A stretch of 64,000 nucleotides of DNA from Chamaesiphon sp. (GTDB taxonomy: Bacteria > Cyanobacteriota > Cyanobacteriia > Cyanobacteriales > Chamaesiphonaceae), in contig CBDFFH010000002.1 of NCBI GenBank assembly GCA_965246715.1, positions 224,001 to 288,000 of the forward strand, written 5' to 3'. The notes below the pieces were generated by a model. The model was given only the letters and a program-made list of their open reading frames with translations. It was not told the DNA's origin and did not search any database. Below, one piece after another: positions 11,136 to 20,783 of the stretch. Numbering within the stretch: the first letter of the stretch is position 1; each line of letters begins with the position of its first letter. The translations under genes were made by a program, and so were the position numbers.

Positions 11136-11341
11136 AAATGTCGATCGTGCCAAAGTGGGATTTCTCCCTGTAATAGGTTTGAGGCTCGATCGATCGGTAT
11201 TGAGGAGCATCTTTATATCCTGTTGACATTATCGATCGATTAGCTTGGGTTTAGTCGATCGTGTCGTGGTTAATTCGATCGTTACAATATTTTTGGTGAC
11301 ATTAATACGCGATCGATTTTGCTTATATCACTCTACAACTG

Positions 11342-11405
11342 TTAATTTGAAGCCATAGGGTTTCGTCCCAATTCTTCGCGTAACACTCGTCTCAAAGTTG
11401 ATTCT
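11342..11405 (-). pseudogene. C-terminal remnant resembling a BrnA/CopG-type antitoxin
   Basis: ...ESTLRRVLREELGRNPMASN* lies between repeat copies 1 and 2; family resemblance is from memory. Confidence 0.4.
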
Positions 11406-11552
11406 AGTAGAATTTCTCCCTGTAGGTTGGGTTGAAGCCCGCGAAACCCAACAATCCCAGTGTTTGAGGCTCGATCGATTGCTATTGAGGAGCATCTTTG
11501 TACCCTGTAGGAATGATCGATCGACATTAATAACGTTTAGTTTCGCTTGATT

Positions 11553-11972
11553 TTACTCGATCGTCCAATTTTCAACCAGCAGATTGGGTATTCGATCGAA
11601 ATCTCGTGCATTTCTCGATAGTAAGATACCTTGGTTTGCTAAAACGATCGAGGCAATACGTAAATCTTGAGTACCAACTCGAATTCGTTGTGACTTTAGC
11701 TCTCGATAGATAGATTGAGCTTCTACTGTAAACTGCAAGACTTCAAATTCAGACAATAACTTTACTGTTTCCGACAGCCATCGATAAGCATTAGCCAGTA
11801 CATCCCCATCTTTAGCCTCAGATATTTGGGCGAGTCTACCGCGCACTTGTTCCTCAACATTAATTGCGGTAGTCGTCAAAACGATCGACTGTTGTTGCAA
11901 TCTATCTATCAATACCGGATGATTCCTGCCATAGAGACTGAGATGGTCGGTATCGAAAACATAAAGTGTCAT
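11553..11972 (-). CDS. vapC: VapC/PIN-domain toxin
   Basis: YVFDTDHLS; IRVGTQDLRIASIVL; SRNARDF. Confidence 0.9.
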   Translation of the reverse strand: MTLYVFDTDHLSLYGRNHPVLIDRLQQQSIVLTTTAINVEEQVRGRLAQISEAKDGDVLANAYRWLSETVKLLSEFEVLQFTVEAQSIYRELKSQRIRVGTQDLRIASIVLANQGILLSRNARDFDRIPNLLVENWTIE

Positions 11973-12268
11973 ATTTCATCTTCGCACTCATTGGCAACTT
12001 GACGAATATGAACGAGTTTTTCGATTAGATCGTCGAAGGTTGGATCGTTCTCTAAAATACCCGCATACTGCATTGGCGTAGAATTAATCTTAGGTTCGAT
12101 CGAAATTGTCACAATCTTACCTGTTGACAATTGCGACTCTAACTCGGTTTTGGCATTAGCGATCGCTTCACCTTCTGTATTCCCATCAGCAGCGATAGAG
12201 GGGATTTCAAGTACGGAAGCAGTAAAACCCCGATCCGAACGACTTTTAACAAAAACTTGATACTGCAT
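11969..12268 (-). CDS. HicB-like-domain antitoxin paired with VapC
   Basis: FTASVLEIPSIAADGNTEGEAIANAK HicB-like N-terminus; 4-bp overlap with the toxin. Confidence 0.75.
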   Translation of the reverse strand: MQYQVFVKSRSDRGFTASVLEIPSIAADGNTEGEAIANAKTELESQLSTGKIVTISIEPKINSTPMQYAGILENDPTFDDLIEKLVHIRQVANECEDEI

Positions 12269-12539
12269 TTTTTAGCCTAAGTCTCAGTTATTACTAGTAT
12301 TGCATATTCATCCTGTAAATAGTCCGATTACCGACCGTACCTACGCGAACGAGTCAGGAGCGTTAGTAGCTAGATCTCTCTCCGTAGCTTGGATTGAGCC
12401 TTGAAGCCCGACAATTCCTGTGATTGAGGCTCAATCGCTGTTGAGGAGCATCTTTATCCTCTGTCGGAATGATCGATCGATTAGTTTGGGTTTGGTCGTT
12501 GGCGAAGCCTACCGGAGGTAATCGTTGTTGAGTCGATCG

Positions 12540-12954
12540 TTAGCAGCGAGTAATTTCGATCGTGTTTTGCGATCGCCCAAAACAGACATCAAATTCTCGA
12601 AAGAAGTTAGTTTGCCCAAGAATCAAAGGCACCTCAGAGGATTGTACCCAAGCAAATGCTAGACGAACTGATTCCAGATCCCCTATTTGAATATGCAGAA
12701 ATAAACCTCGTGCTTCAACCTTTGCAAGATTTCCAGCCAATGGTAAACGAACAGTTTGTCTCTCCCAAATTGCACCCAATTGTAACCCGATATCATAAGG
12801 CAATAGATTGACCGTAGAACCACTATCTAACAATGCATTCGCCGAGACAGCAAAGTTTGCATAATTCAGCTCGATCGGAATCATCGGTAATGCTTCATCG
12901 TCAGCAAAGGGAAACTCGTTCGCGTAGCGTACCGGAGGTAATCTTCCTAGACAT
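12540..12954 (-). pseudogene. Retropepsin-like aspartyl protease, frameshifted by a 22-nt insert
   Basis: ALLDSGSTVN and LILGQTNFF motifs; removing 12919-12940 restores ATG(12954) MSRKIEFPFADDEALPMIPIELN...; an internal ATG at 12884 could still give a short product. Confidence 0.8.
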
Positions 12955-13165
12955 GAGTAGATGCCTCTTGGTCATCCCGAATCATCTGCATCAGAACATT
13001 TGCAGCTTCTGTTGCATCGTAAGGCGACCAAACCGGATACTCTGATGCAGAAAAGATAACTTGTAACTCAGCATCTGGAACTTGCGCGGCTAGAAGTTTG
13101 AAAAGTGATAATTTGTCTGGCTGACTTAGATTGTTTACCAAAGGAATTACTTCAGCTAGAGACAT
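12947..13165 (-). CDS. Small hypothetical protein coupled to the aspartyl protease gene (antitoxin-like)
   Basis: 72 aa with YPVWSPYDA motif; overlaps the protease start. Confidence 0.7.
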   Translation of the reverse strand: MSLAEVIPLVNNLSQPDKLSLFKLLAAQVPDAELQVIFSASEYPVWSPYDATEAANVLMQMIRDDQEASTHV

Positions 13166-13388
13166 AGTTTAAACTCCCAGACCTACGACAATGCATCTAT
13201 CATAAGCGATCTGTGAGGTGTTGTCTAACAAACCCGTTGCACATCAACCGTGTCAAGTTTGGCTGCCTAAATCGGAGAAGTCATTAGTGAGATTTTCTCC
13301 CCGTATAAACCCAACACTTCCAGTGTTTGAGGGTCGATTAATTGCCATTGAGGAGCACTTTATATTCTGTCGAAATTATCGATCGATT

Positions 13389-13793
13389 TTATGCCAAAAA
13401 TAGTTTTGAGGGCAGGTTAAAACGATCGCTTAATTTTTCCGCTTGAGTAATATCGATCGATCTCTTGCCATCGATAACTTCAAGTACTCGATCGCTAGAG
13501 CCAAATATACCAACTAAATCTGCTGGCTGAACATCGTTCGCATCCATTAAATGTAGCAGTCGGCTGTGGGGAGTCGATAGATTTTGAGATGGATAATGTT
13601 CTGATTCAAATTTTTCAACTAAGATGACAAACAGATCGATTAACCGTTCTTCTTCACCGCTAACTGTCTCCTTACTCATTGATGTTTCGATGATTCCCAG
13701 TACCCGTTCGTATTCTGCTTGCGATCGAATTGGCTGCGGTAATACATCCGCTAAGAGATTGGCATAGGCTTGACGATTAAAAGTAAGGGTCAT
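13389..13793 (-). CDS. higA: HigA-family antitoxin (HTH)
   Basis: PQPIRSQAEYE; LVEKFESEHYP; C-terminal HTH VLEVIDGKRSI. Confidence 0.88.
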   Translation of the reverse strand: MTLTFNRQAYANLLADVLPQPIRSQAEYERVLGIIETSMSKETVSGEEERLIDLFVILVEKFESEHYPSQNLSTPHSRLLHLMDANDVQPADLVGIFGSSDRVLEVIDGKRSIDITQAEKLSDRFNLPSKLFLA

Positions 13794-14076
13794 TTTTCCA
13801 GTTATCCTTATCGTATTCGGCGTGAGTGAGAAAGTATTTAAAGTAGACTAGCTGCCTAGAATAGTTGATGGAAACAATCAGTCGATAGCGATTGCCTTTA
13901 ATGTTAAATACCGTAAAGTTTCCTACAGCTTCTGCGGAAGCATAGGTTTGTTGAACCTCTGTCAGGTTTTGCCAGGTTACAACTTTAACGATTTCATTCC
14001 AATCTTCAATTTGGGTAGCAATGTCGGAAAATTTAGCAGCAGCTTCCCACAACCTACTAATTGCAATGAGGTGCAT
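13777..14076 (-). CDS. higB: HigB-family toxin
   Basis: TVFNIKGNRYRLIV and LTHAEYDK; toxin-first gene order. Confidence 0.92.
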   Translation of the reverse strand: MHLIAISRLWEAAAKFSDIATQIEDWNEIVKVVTWQNLTEVQQTYASAEAVGNFTVFNIKGNRYRLIVSINYSRQLVYFKYFLTHAEYDKDNWKNDPYF

Positions 14077-14533
14077 ATTATCTGCGGAATTCTGGTCTAG
14101 TAAATAGTTTAACGCTAAATCGCACCTTTTTATGAGCGTTGGCGTTGGCGTAGCCTCTGCCTGAGCAGAAGCCGCGCCGAGATGTAATCGCTATTAATTC
14201 GGTTGAGCCTTGAAACCCAATAATCTCAGTGTTTGAGGCTCGATCGATCTCTATTGAGGAGTATCTTTATATCCTGTCGGAATTATCGAGCGATTATTTT
14301 GGGTTTGGTCGATCGTGGTTAATTCGATTGAGCCTTGAAACCCAATAATCTCAGTGTTTGAGGCTCGATCGTTGGCGAAGCCTACCGGAGGTAATCGGTA
14401 TTGAGGAGTATCTTTATATTCTGTCGAAATTATCGATCGATTATCTATTTCGAGGAACCCAACAATTTTAGTGTTTGAGGTTCGTTCGCATAGCGTACCG
14501 GAGGTAATCGATCGCTATTGAGGAGTATCTTTA

Positions 14534-15763
14534 CTCACATCTTGCACCAGAATATAAGTACTAGATTTAGATCGAGACTAATTCCAAGGCAAGACCCTGC
14601 GAGAGCAGAAAGTCTCGCTTCCGATCGATTTCTACTAAAAGTAAACTCACTGCGATCTGTGGCATTAACTGTTGAAGTGCCAGCTCAGATTCCTGTCTCC
14701 ACTCAGGCGGAAGGCTTACGTTTGAGGATAAATAGACCCAGTGGGTGAGTACAAAACTAATAAAGCTCAGAAGCAGCCAACGGTATACACCTAAAAGTGT
14801 TTGTTGACCGAAGCTAGCCAGCCCAAATCGATATTTAGCAGTCTTGAAAAATCCTTCAATTGCCCATCGACGACTGCCCCACCAAGCAATCGTACTGCCT
14901 TTAAGAGCGCGGGTCGAAATCACAAATCTTTTCTCCAACTTACCATCCCGTTTTAAGTAGAACCAGGAAGCCGTAACCACGCCCTCTAAACCTGATAGCT
15001 TAACTTGTTGACCCTTCTTGCCTAGCATCTTCATCTGTCTCCCATCTGCCAGTTTCCGGTTATTCGGTATACCAACAATTGCTTGATGACGAAGTTTTTT
15101 GACCCCGTTGAGGAATTCGACACTACTAAATCCAGTATCGGCTAATACTTGGACTCGAAAGCGGTAAGTGAGTTTCTTGGGCAAGGTGCGGAGCAATTTT
15201 AGCCCCAATTGAGCAGGAGTAGTTGTGCCTTTACCACGCCAGGAACGGAACGCCCAAGGTATTCTCCACTGTCCAACGACTAAGTACAGTACAACCAAAT
15301 GCAGTCCTCGCTTACCGTTGAGAATATGTATCAACGTTGCAAATGCTTTGAATTTCCCCCTTTTCTCCAATGTAGTCAGATCGATAATTACCTGCAAGTA
15401 AGGTCTTTGTCCTTTGGCTGTGTAATTACTCAACTGTTTCAAAATATGTTGGCGAGTCGTACGAATCACGGCTCTGGTTGGCCACCCATATTCATTGAAA
15501 AATCTGCTCAAAGCCGCAGGTGATTTAATCACCCCATGTTCTGGTAACATTTGACCATTCTTAGGTTCCATAAATAGAGCGAAACTAGCTTGGAGACTAA
15601 GTTTCTGATAGGGACTGGGCATCAGCTCTAACAACGTGTAGAGTATTAATTGGGCGTACGGGAGAATGGTATTCACTGTTCTCATCAATGTTTTTACACG
15701 CCCTTTTTCTCATATTTTGACTCCTGCGAAAATCAGTTGTTATGTACTGGTGCAAGATGTGAG
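14534..15763 (-). mobile_element. IS701-like insertion sequence inserted inside a cassette repeat
   Basis: 17-bp perfect IR CTCACATCTTGCACCAG / CTGGTGCAAGATGTGAG; 4-bp TSD TTTA (14530-14533, 15764-15767). Confidence 0.9.
14567..15688 (-). CDS. DDE transposase (IS701/IS4-like)
   Basis: IIDLTTLEKRG, LADTGF, RRWAIEGFFKTAK. Confidence 0.9.
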   Translation of the reverse strand: MMRTVNTILPYAQLILYTLLELMPSPYQKLSLQASFALFMEPKNGQMLPEHGVIKSPAALSRFFNEYGWPTRAVIRTTRQHILKQLSNYTAKGQRPYLQVIIDLTTLEKRGKFKAFATLIHILNGKRGLHLVVLYLVVGQWRIPWAFRSWRGKGTTTPAQLGLKLLRTLPKKLTYRFRVQVLADTGFSSVEFLNGVKKLRHQAIVGIPNNRKLADGRQMKMLGKKGQQVKLSGLEGVVTASWFYLKRDGKLEKRFVISTRALKGSTIAWWGSRRWAIEGFFKTAKYRFGLASFGQQTLLGVYRWLLLSFISFVLTHWVYLSSNVSLPPEWRQESELALQQLMPQIAVSLLLVEIDRKRDFLLSQGLALELVSI

Positions 15764-15935
15764 TTTATATCCTGTTGGAATTATCGATCGATTAGCTTTG
15801 GATTTTGTCGATCGCTTTGCCGACGTTTTTAGTCAGGGCTTGTAAGAGCGATCGATTTAAAAGCTTCTTAAATCGATCGCCATACCCCAACAACCAGTGA
15901 GTTATAATCGACATACGAGACTCAGAAACAACCGT

Positions 15936-16295
15936 ATGACTAGCAGCGAAATTAGCTATACCGAAGCACAGAGTAATTTAAGCGTTCTGCTCGATCGCGT
16001 AGCAGATAGCAAAGATATTATTATAGTCAAACGAGACGGCACCGATAAAAACGTCGCTCTCATTGCCGAAACAGATCTCAGCAGCCTCTTAGAAACGGTC
16101 TATCTACTGAGATCTTCCGCCAACGCAACTAGACTGCATCGGGCAATCGATCGAGCCAAACAAAGAGATCTCCAAGGCTACAGCCATACAGAACCAGAGA
16201 ACCCATCACAATCGATCGCTGCATTATGTGAGGAGTTAGGAATTGTGGCTCTTCACTACTTAGTATGCTCGATCGATAGCAAATGTGGCAAATAG
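15936..16295 (+). CDS. yefM: Phd/YefM antitoxin; C-terminus extended into ISL3
   Basis: SYTEAQSNLSVLLDRV; LETVYLLRSSANA; native end is ...EELGIVR* once the IS is removed. Confidence 0.85.
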   Translation: MTSSEISYTEAQSNLSVLLDRVADSKDIIIVKRDGTDKNVALIAETDLSSLLETVYLLRSSANATRLHRAIDRAKQRDLQGYSHTEPENPSQSIAALCEELGIVALHYLVCSIDSKCGK

Positions 16296-17682
16296 AAATT
16301 AATCAATATGTGAAATTGCCATAAAAGTGGAGTGATAATTGACATTGGGGGCATTTTGTTATTAAGTATAATCTAATTGAAAGCGATCTTGAGACAAACC
16401 AGAAGAAAATGCTCACCAAAAAGGAAATACAACTACTAACAGAAGTACTAAATCTAGCGGGAGTAAAAGTAAATGCCAAGCACCAACATGAAGGAATTGG
16501 AATAATTTTAGGAGTTGAGTCGAGCGAAAAAATAAGTGTTTGCCAACGCTGTGGTTTGAAAAGCGACAAGTTACACCAAAACCATCGGCAAATAATCAAA
16601 GATTTGGATTGGGGAGGGCAAGCGGTATTTTTAGAAATAAATAGAAGACAATTCAACTGCGAAAAATGCCAGAAACCATTTAGCGAAGAATTAGAATTTG
16701 TCAAGTCAAGAAGAAGATACACGAAAAGATTAGCAGATCGGATAATAGAAGAAGTATTAGCAGATGACATTAGGAGTGTAGCGAAGAAGGGGAAGGTAAC
16801 AGAGAAAGAAATAGAAAGAATGCTAAAGGATGCATCAGGAGATTTATCAAAAATAAAACCAATAGGATTAAAAAGATTAGGGATAGACGAAATAGCATTG
16901 ATTAAAGGGCAGGGAAAATATTGTGCAGTATTAATAGACATAGATCGTTCTAAATTATTGGCAATTATCGAGGGAAGAACCAAAGAAGAAATTAAGAAAG
17001 TCCTGAGAGAGTGGGGGTCAGAGGTATTAGAAGGAATCGAAGAAGTAAGCATAGACTTATGGCAGGGATATAAAAGTCTAGCAATAGAAATGATGCCAAA
17101 AGCTCAGATAGTAGCAGATCGATTCCATATAATGGTACAAATAAATCAAGAATTAGATGGAGAAAGAAAGAAGGAGAAGCGAAAAATCGAAGCAGAAATA
17201 AAGCAAGCAAAAACCCCAGAAGAAAAAGCGGAGAAAGCGGCTATATTAGCAGGAATAACTAATAGTAAGTATCCAATATTGAAAAACGAAGAAGACTTAA
17301 ATGAAGAACAGAAAGACAAGCTAGCTCAGGTAAAAAATGTATCAAGTCAGCTCGGAAAAATGCATCAATTGAAAGAGGATTTTCGAGAAATATTTGAGAA
17401 AAAGGAAAACTGGAATGAGGGATTACTAGGCTTAGGGGAATGGCTGTCAAAAGCTCAAAAATATTTTGTCAAAAGTCAAGGGACAATTTATCGATGGTTT
17501 GATGAAATACTGGCTTATTTTGACAATGGAACAACTAGTGGAGTAGTGGAGGGAATTAATAACAAGCTAAAACTAATCAAACGTTCAGCATATGGATTTA
17601 CTAATTTTGAGAATTTCCGAAATAGATGCTTGCTTAATTGGCACTTCAATCATTAATTTGGCATACTAACTAGTGAAGAGCC
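16247..17682 (+). mobile_element. ISL3-family insertion sequence
   Basis: 22-bp IR GGCTCTTCACTACTTAGTATGC / GCATACTAACTAGTGAAGAGCC (1 mismatch); 8-bp TSD GGAATTGT at 16239-16246 and 17683-17690. Confidence 0.95.
16409..17656 (+). CDS. ISL3-family transposase
   Basis: CxxC zinc finger, LGIDE, VSIDLW, DRFH, EGINNKLKLIKRSAYGF. Confidence 0.95.
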   Translation: MLTKKEIQLLTEVLNLAGVKVNAKHQHEGIGIILGVESSEKISVCQRCGLKSDKLHQNHRQIIKDLDWGGQAVFLEINRRQFNCEKCQKPFSEELEFVKSRRRYTKRLADRIIEEVLADDIRSVAKKGKVTEKEIERMLKDASGDLSKIKPIGLKRLGIDEIALIKGQGKYCAVLIDIDRSKLLAIIEGRTKEEIKKVLREWGSEVLEGIEEVSIDLWQGYKSLAIEMMPKAQIVADRFHIMVQINQELDGERKKEKRKIEAEIKQAKTPEEKAEKAAILAGITNSKYPILKNEEDLNEEQKDKLAQVKNVSSQLGKMHQLKEDFREIFEKKENWNEGLLGLGEWLSKAQKYFVKSQGTIYRWFDEILAYFDNGTTSGVVEGINNKLKLIKRSAYGFTNFENFRNRCLLNWHFNH

Positions 17683-17686
17683 GGAA

Positions 17687-18010
17687 TTGTCCGCTAAAAA
17701 GAAAGATAAAAATCGCTCTGAAAATTCTCAACCAGAAATAATTATCGTTCAAAGGCAGATTATTTTTGATGAAGATTTCCGAGAAGATTTGCAATGGTGG
17801 TATCGGCAAGGCGTTCAAAAAGCCAACAAAATACTCGATCTAGTAGAATCCATTTGTATAGATCCATTTTTAGGAATTGGTAAACCAGAACCACTAAAAT
17901 TCATGGAAGCAAATACATGGTCGAGAAGGATAGATTTAGAGCATCGACTAATTTATCGAGTTCAAAATGAATCTATTCAATTCTTACAAGCTCGTTACCA
18001 TTATGAGTGA
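17687..18010 (+). CDS. yoeB: Txe/YoeB toxin
   Basis: PFLGIGKPEPLK, WSRRIDLEHRLIY, ARYHY. Confidence 0.92.
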   Translation: MSAKKKDKNRSENSQPEIIIVQRQIIFDEDFREDLQWWYRQGVQKANKILDLVESICIDPFLGIGKPEPLKFMEANTWSRRIDLEHRLIYRVQNESIQFLQARYHYE

Positions 18011-18275
18011 GATTTTTTCCCGTAGGTTGGATTTAAGCCTGCGAAGCCCAACAATCCCAGTGTTTGAGGCTCGCTCGTTGGCGAAGCCTACCGGAGGTAA
18101 TCGCTATTGAGGAGCATCTTTAATATCCTGTTAAGATTATTGCTCGATCGATTAGCTGGGGTTTGGTCGATCGTTGTTGATTCAATCGATTGCCTCGATA
18201 CTTTACTCGTTGGCGGAGCCTCTCATGAGAGAATCGGGTAAAATTAGGAGGCTGTAGTAAATTGCGGTGTAAACT

Positions 18276-18518
18276 ATGACAGAACTGCTTCAACAGGTAA
18301 TCGCCCAAATCGAACAACTGCCAATCGATCGACAAGAGGCGATCGCGGCTCGGTTTCTGGCAGAATTGGCGGAAGAACAACAAGCTGAGAACGTATGGGT
18401 TGAAGATGTCCGATCGAAAATTGATGCTGCCATTTCAGCCTCAGAGCAAACGCCACCGATCGATGGCGAAACCTTCGTTAACCAAATTTTAGAGCGGTTT
18501 CAGCGCGATCGGGTGTAA
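18276..18518 (+). CDS. Putative antitoxin (ParD-like C-terminus)
   Basis: Small acidic ORF directly upstream of the RelE/ParE toxin. Confidence 0.7.
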   Translation: MTELLQQVIAQIEQLPIDRQEAIAARFLAELAEEQQAENVWVEDVRSKIDAAISASEQTPPIDGETFVNQILERFQRDRV

Positions 18519-18524
18519 ACATAC

Positions 18525-18824
18525 ATGAGTCTCTATGTTATTAACGTTCTTGCCAGTCGAGATCTGATTGAAATCGCTGACTACTTTGCTGAAACCAATG
18601 TAGAAGTAGGCGAACGATTTTTTAAAGAATTTAATAGCAAGTGTCAACAACTAGTTTCCTTTCCCAGCAGTGGTAAAAGCTATGGAGCAATTCGCCCAGA
18701 TCTCAGAGGACTATCTCTCGAAGGTTATATTATTTTCTACCGTATTCTCGATGATGGCATCGAAATCCTCAGAGTTGTTAGTGGTCGTCGTAATCTTCCA
18801 GCACTTTTTAGCGACCCAGACTGA
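18525..18824 (+). CDS. RelE/ParE-family toxin
   Basis: ASRDLIEIADYF; FPSSG; YIIFYR; IEILRVVSGRRNL. Confidence 0.9.
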   Translation: MSLYVINVLASRDLIEIADYFAETNVEVGERFFKEFNSKCQQLVSFPSSGKSYGAIRPDLRGLSLEGYIIFYRILDDGIEILRVVSGRRNLPALFSDPD

Positions 18825-19088
18825 TTAACTGAGTGGGTTTTCTTTCCGTAAGTTGGGTTGAAGCCCTCGGAACTCATCAATCTCAGTTTTGAGGCTCGTT
18901 CGCATAGCGTACCGAAGGTAATCGTTGGCGAAGCCTACCGGAGGTAATCGCTATTGATGAGTATCTTTACATTCTGTTGAAATTATGGCTCGATCGATTG
19001 GCTTTGGTTTAGTCGATCGTGGTTGATTCGATCGATCTTTGGTGTGATGGTTTTGGGATCGATCGATACGAATGACGGTCGAACGAGA

Positions 19089-19448
19089 TTATTGGAGTAA
19101 GATATCTGCCGGAATATCCAACTGACCGTGAAGTGCGCGAATCATTTCTAGCGTTAAAGTTTGACGTTTAGACATTACTTCTGACACTAAATATTCGCTA
19201 CCAATAATTGGAATTAGATCGGCCTTCAATCGATCTGACTGTTCTAGTCGAAACTCGATCGCGGCGATCGGATCTGGTAATCCGATTGGAAAATATTTAT
19301 CTTCATATAACTCAATCAGAGTTGCCAGTACTTCTAATTCATCAGCTTCAGGTGTATTCGGCTAAGATGACATCAAAGCTCCCGCTCGTTCCAATGCATC
19401 CTGATAATCAGTTTCAGTTTTAATCGGTCTAATTAAAGCAGTATTCAT
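19089..19448 (-). pseudogene. HigA-family antitoxin with internal stop
   Basis: MNTALIRPIKTETDYQDAL...SS*PNTPEADELEVLATLIELYEDKYFPIGLPDPIAAIEFRLEQ...; TAG at 19362-19364. Confidence 0.85.
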
Positions 19449-19572
19449 ATTAACTCTACATCAATGGTATCGTAATCTTGATGAGTTCCAACAAATCGGA
19501 TAAAAATAATCTGTGTGGATCGCGTTGAATTAGCCACAGAAATACATGAGTATCCAGCAAAAACCGACCCAT
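19445..19572 (-). pseudogene. Deletion junction: VapC 5' end fused out of frame to HigB 3' end
   Basis: MGRFLLDTHVFLWLIQRDP from 19572, then in another frame QIIFIRFVGTHQDYDTIDVELI* ending at 19445. Confidence 0.8.
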
Positions 19573-19784
19573 TACATATATTCCTGTAAATCATCTAAAG
19601 GCGCATTAAAATCATCAGACATCCACACCTCTTCCTTCCAGATGCCGAAAGCATTTTTTCGATCTAGTGGGGGTGTTTGCACCGACTGATTATGCTTTGC
19701 AACCAAACCCTCAATATATTGCAGGGCTTCCTGTTGCACCGACTCTGGTAGTCGCTGAATTTGTTCGAGGAGTGTTTGCTCCAT
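19572..19784 (-). CDS. DUF2281-type antitoxin
   Basis: LPESVQQEALQYIEGL; FGIWKEEVWMSDDFNAPLDDLQEYM. Confidence 0.8.
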   Translation of the reverse strand: MEQTLLEQIQRLPESVQQEALQYIEGLVAKHNQSVQTPPLDRKNAFGIWKEEVWMSDDFNAPLDDLQEYM

Positions 19785-20157
19785 ACGATTATCAAGGGCA
19801 ATAAATATGTACCCGTATTTTAGCTCAAACCTATGGAAGCGCACTCATAAGTATCAAAGTGAAATAATTTAGCTAGGGATATTTCTCCCTCTAGGCTGAA
19901 TTGAAGCCTGCTAAACTCAACAATCCCAGTGTTTGATGCTCGATCGTTGGCGAAGCCTACCGGAGGTAATCGCTATTGAGGAGCATCTTTATACCCTGTC
20001 GAAATTATCGATCGATTAGCTTGGGTTTGGTCGTTGGCGAAGCCTACCGGAGGTAATCGTCGTTAATTCGATCGCGAAGCGTGGGCTTTGCCCAATCGTT
20101 GCAACATTTGTGGTAACATTGAGAAGATATCGATCCTCTATCTAGCCAAAAATACTT

Positions 20158-20379
20158 ATGCTGCTAAATATCAAAAAACGCGGTAACTCACTGAGTATCA
20201 TTGTCCCCAAAGAAATGGCAACGAGTATGAGTGTTGAAGATGGCGATACCCTCTTCGCCACCAAAACACCATCGGGATATGAGATTTCCGCATACGAGCC
20301 TAGTTTCGCAGCTAAAATGGAAGCGGCTCGACAAGGAATGAAAAAATATCGCAATGCCTTAATCGAGTTAGCAAAATGA
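20158..20379 (+). CDS. AbrB/MazE-type antitoxin
   Basis: KKRGNSLSIIVPKE; KYRNALIELAK. Confidence 0.88.
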   Translation: MLLNIKKRGNSLSIIVPKEMATSMSVEDGDTLFATKTPSGYEISAYEPSFAAKMEAARQGMKKYRNALIELAK

Positions 20380-20783
20380 GCGAACCTTGTTGGCTAGATA
20401 CTCGTGATGTTTGTGCCATTCACAATGAAATCATTGTTCAATCTGGTGGTGATGCTGGCATCCTCAATGAAGGTGCTTTGGAATCAACCTTAAATAAACC
20501 CAAAAATCTGTATTGCTATGCTGATGAAATAACTTTATTCCCATTAGCAGCCGCTTATGGCTATGGGCTTGTCAAGAATCATTGTTTTATCGATGGTAAC
20601 AAAAGGATCGCGCTGATTGCTGTGTACACATTTCTATCGATTAATGGAATCGAACTGACAGCATCAGAAATTGATGCTGCAAATTTTTTCTTGGAGCTAG
20701 CAGCAAGTCAGGAAAATCAAGAAGAAGGAATGAGTAGATTGGTAAACTGGCTGCAAATCAATAGTGAGATTTCTCCACTGTAG
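20376..20783 (+). CDS. doc: Doc/Fic-family toxin
   Basis: HCFIDGNKR Fic motif; ATGA overlap with the antitoxin; stop codon lies inside the downstream repeat. Confidence 0.92.
   Translation: MSEPCWLDTRDVCAIHNEIIVQSGGDAGILNEGALESTLNKPKNLYCYADEITLFPLAAAYGYGLVKNHCFIDGNKRIALIAVYTFLSINGIELTASEIDAANFFLELAASQENQEEGMSRLVNWLQINSEISPL

Noticed and set aside
16303..17052. 249-aa antisense ORF
   Set aside because: Antisense shadow of the A-rich ISL3 transposase
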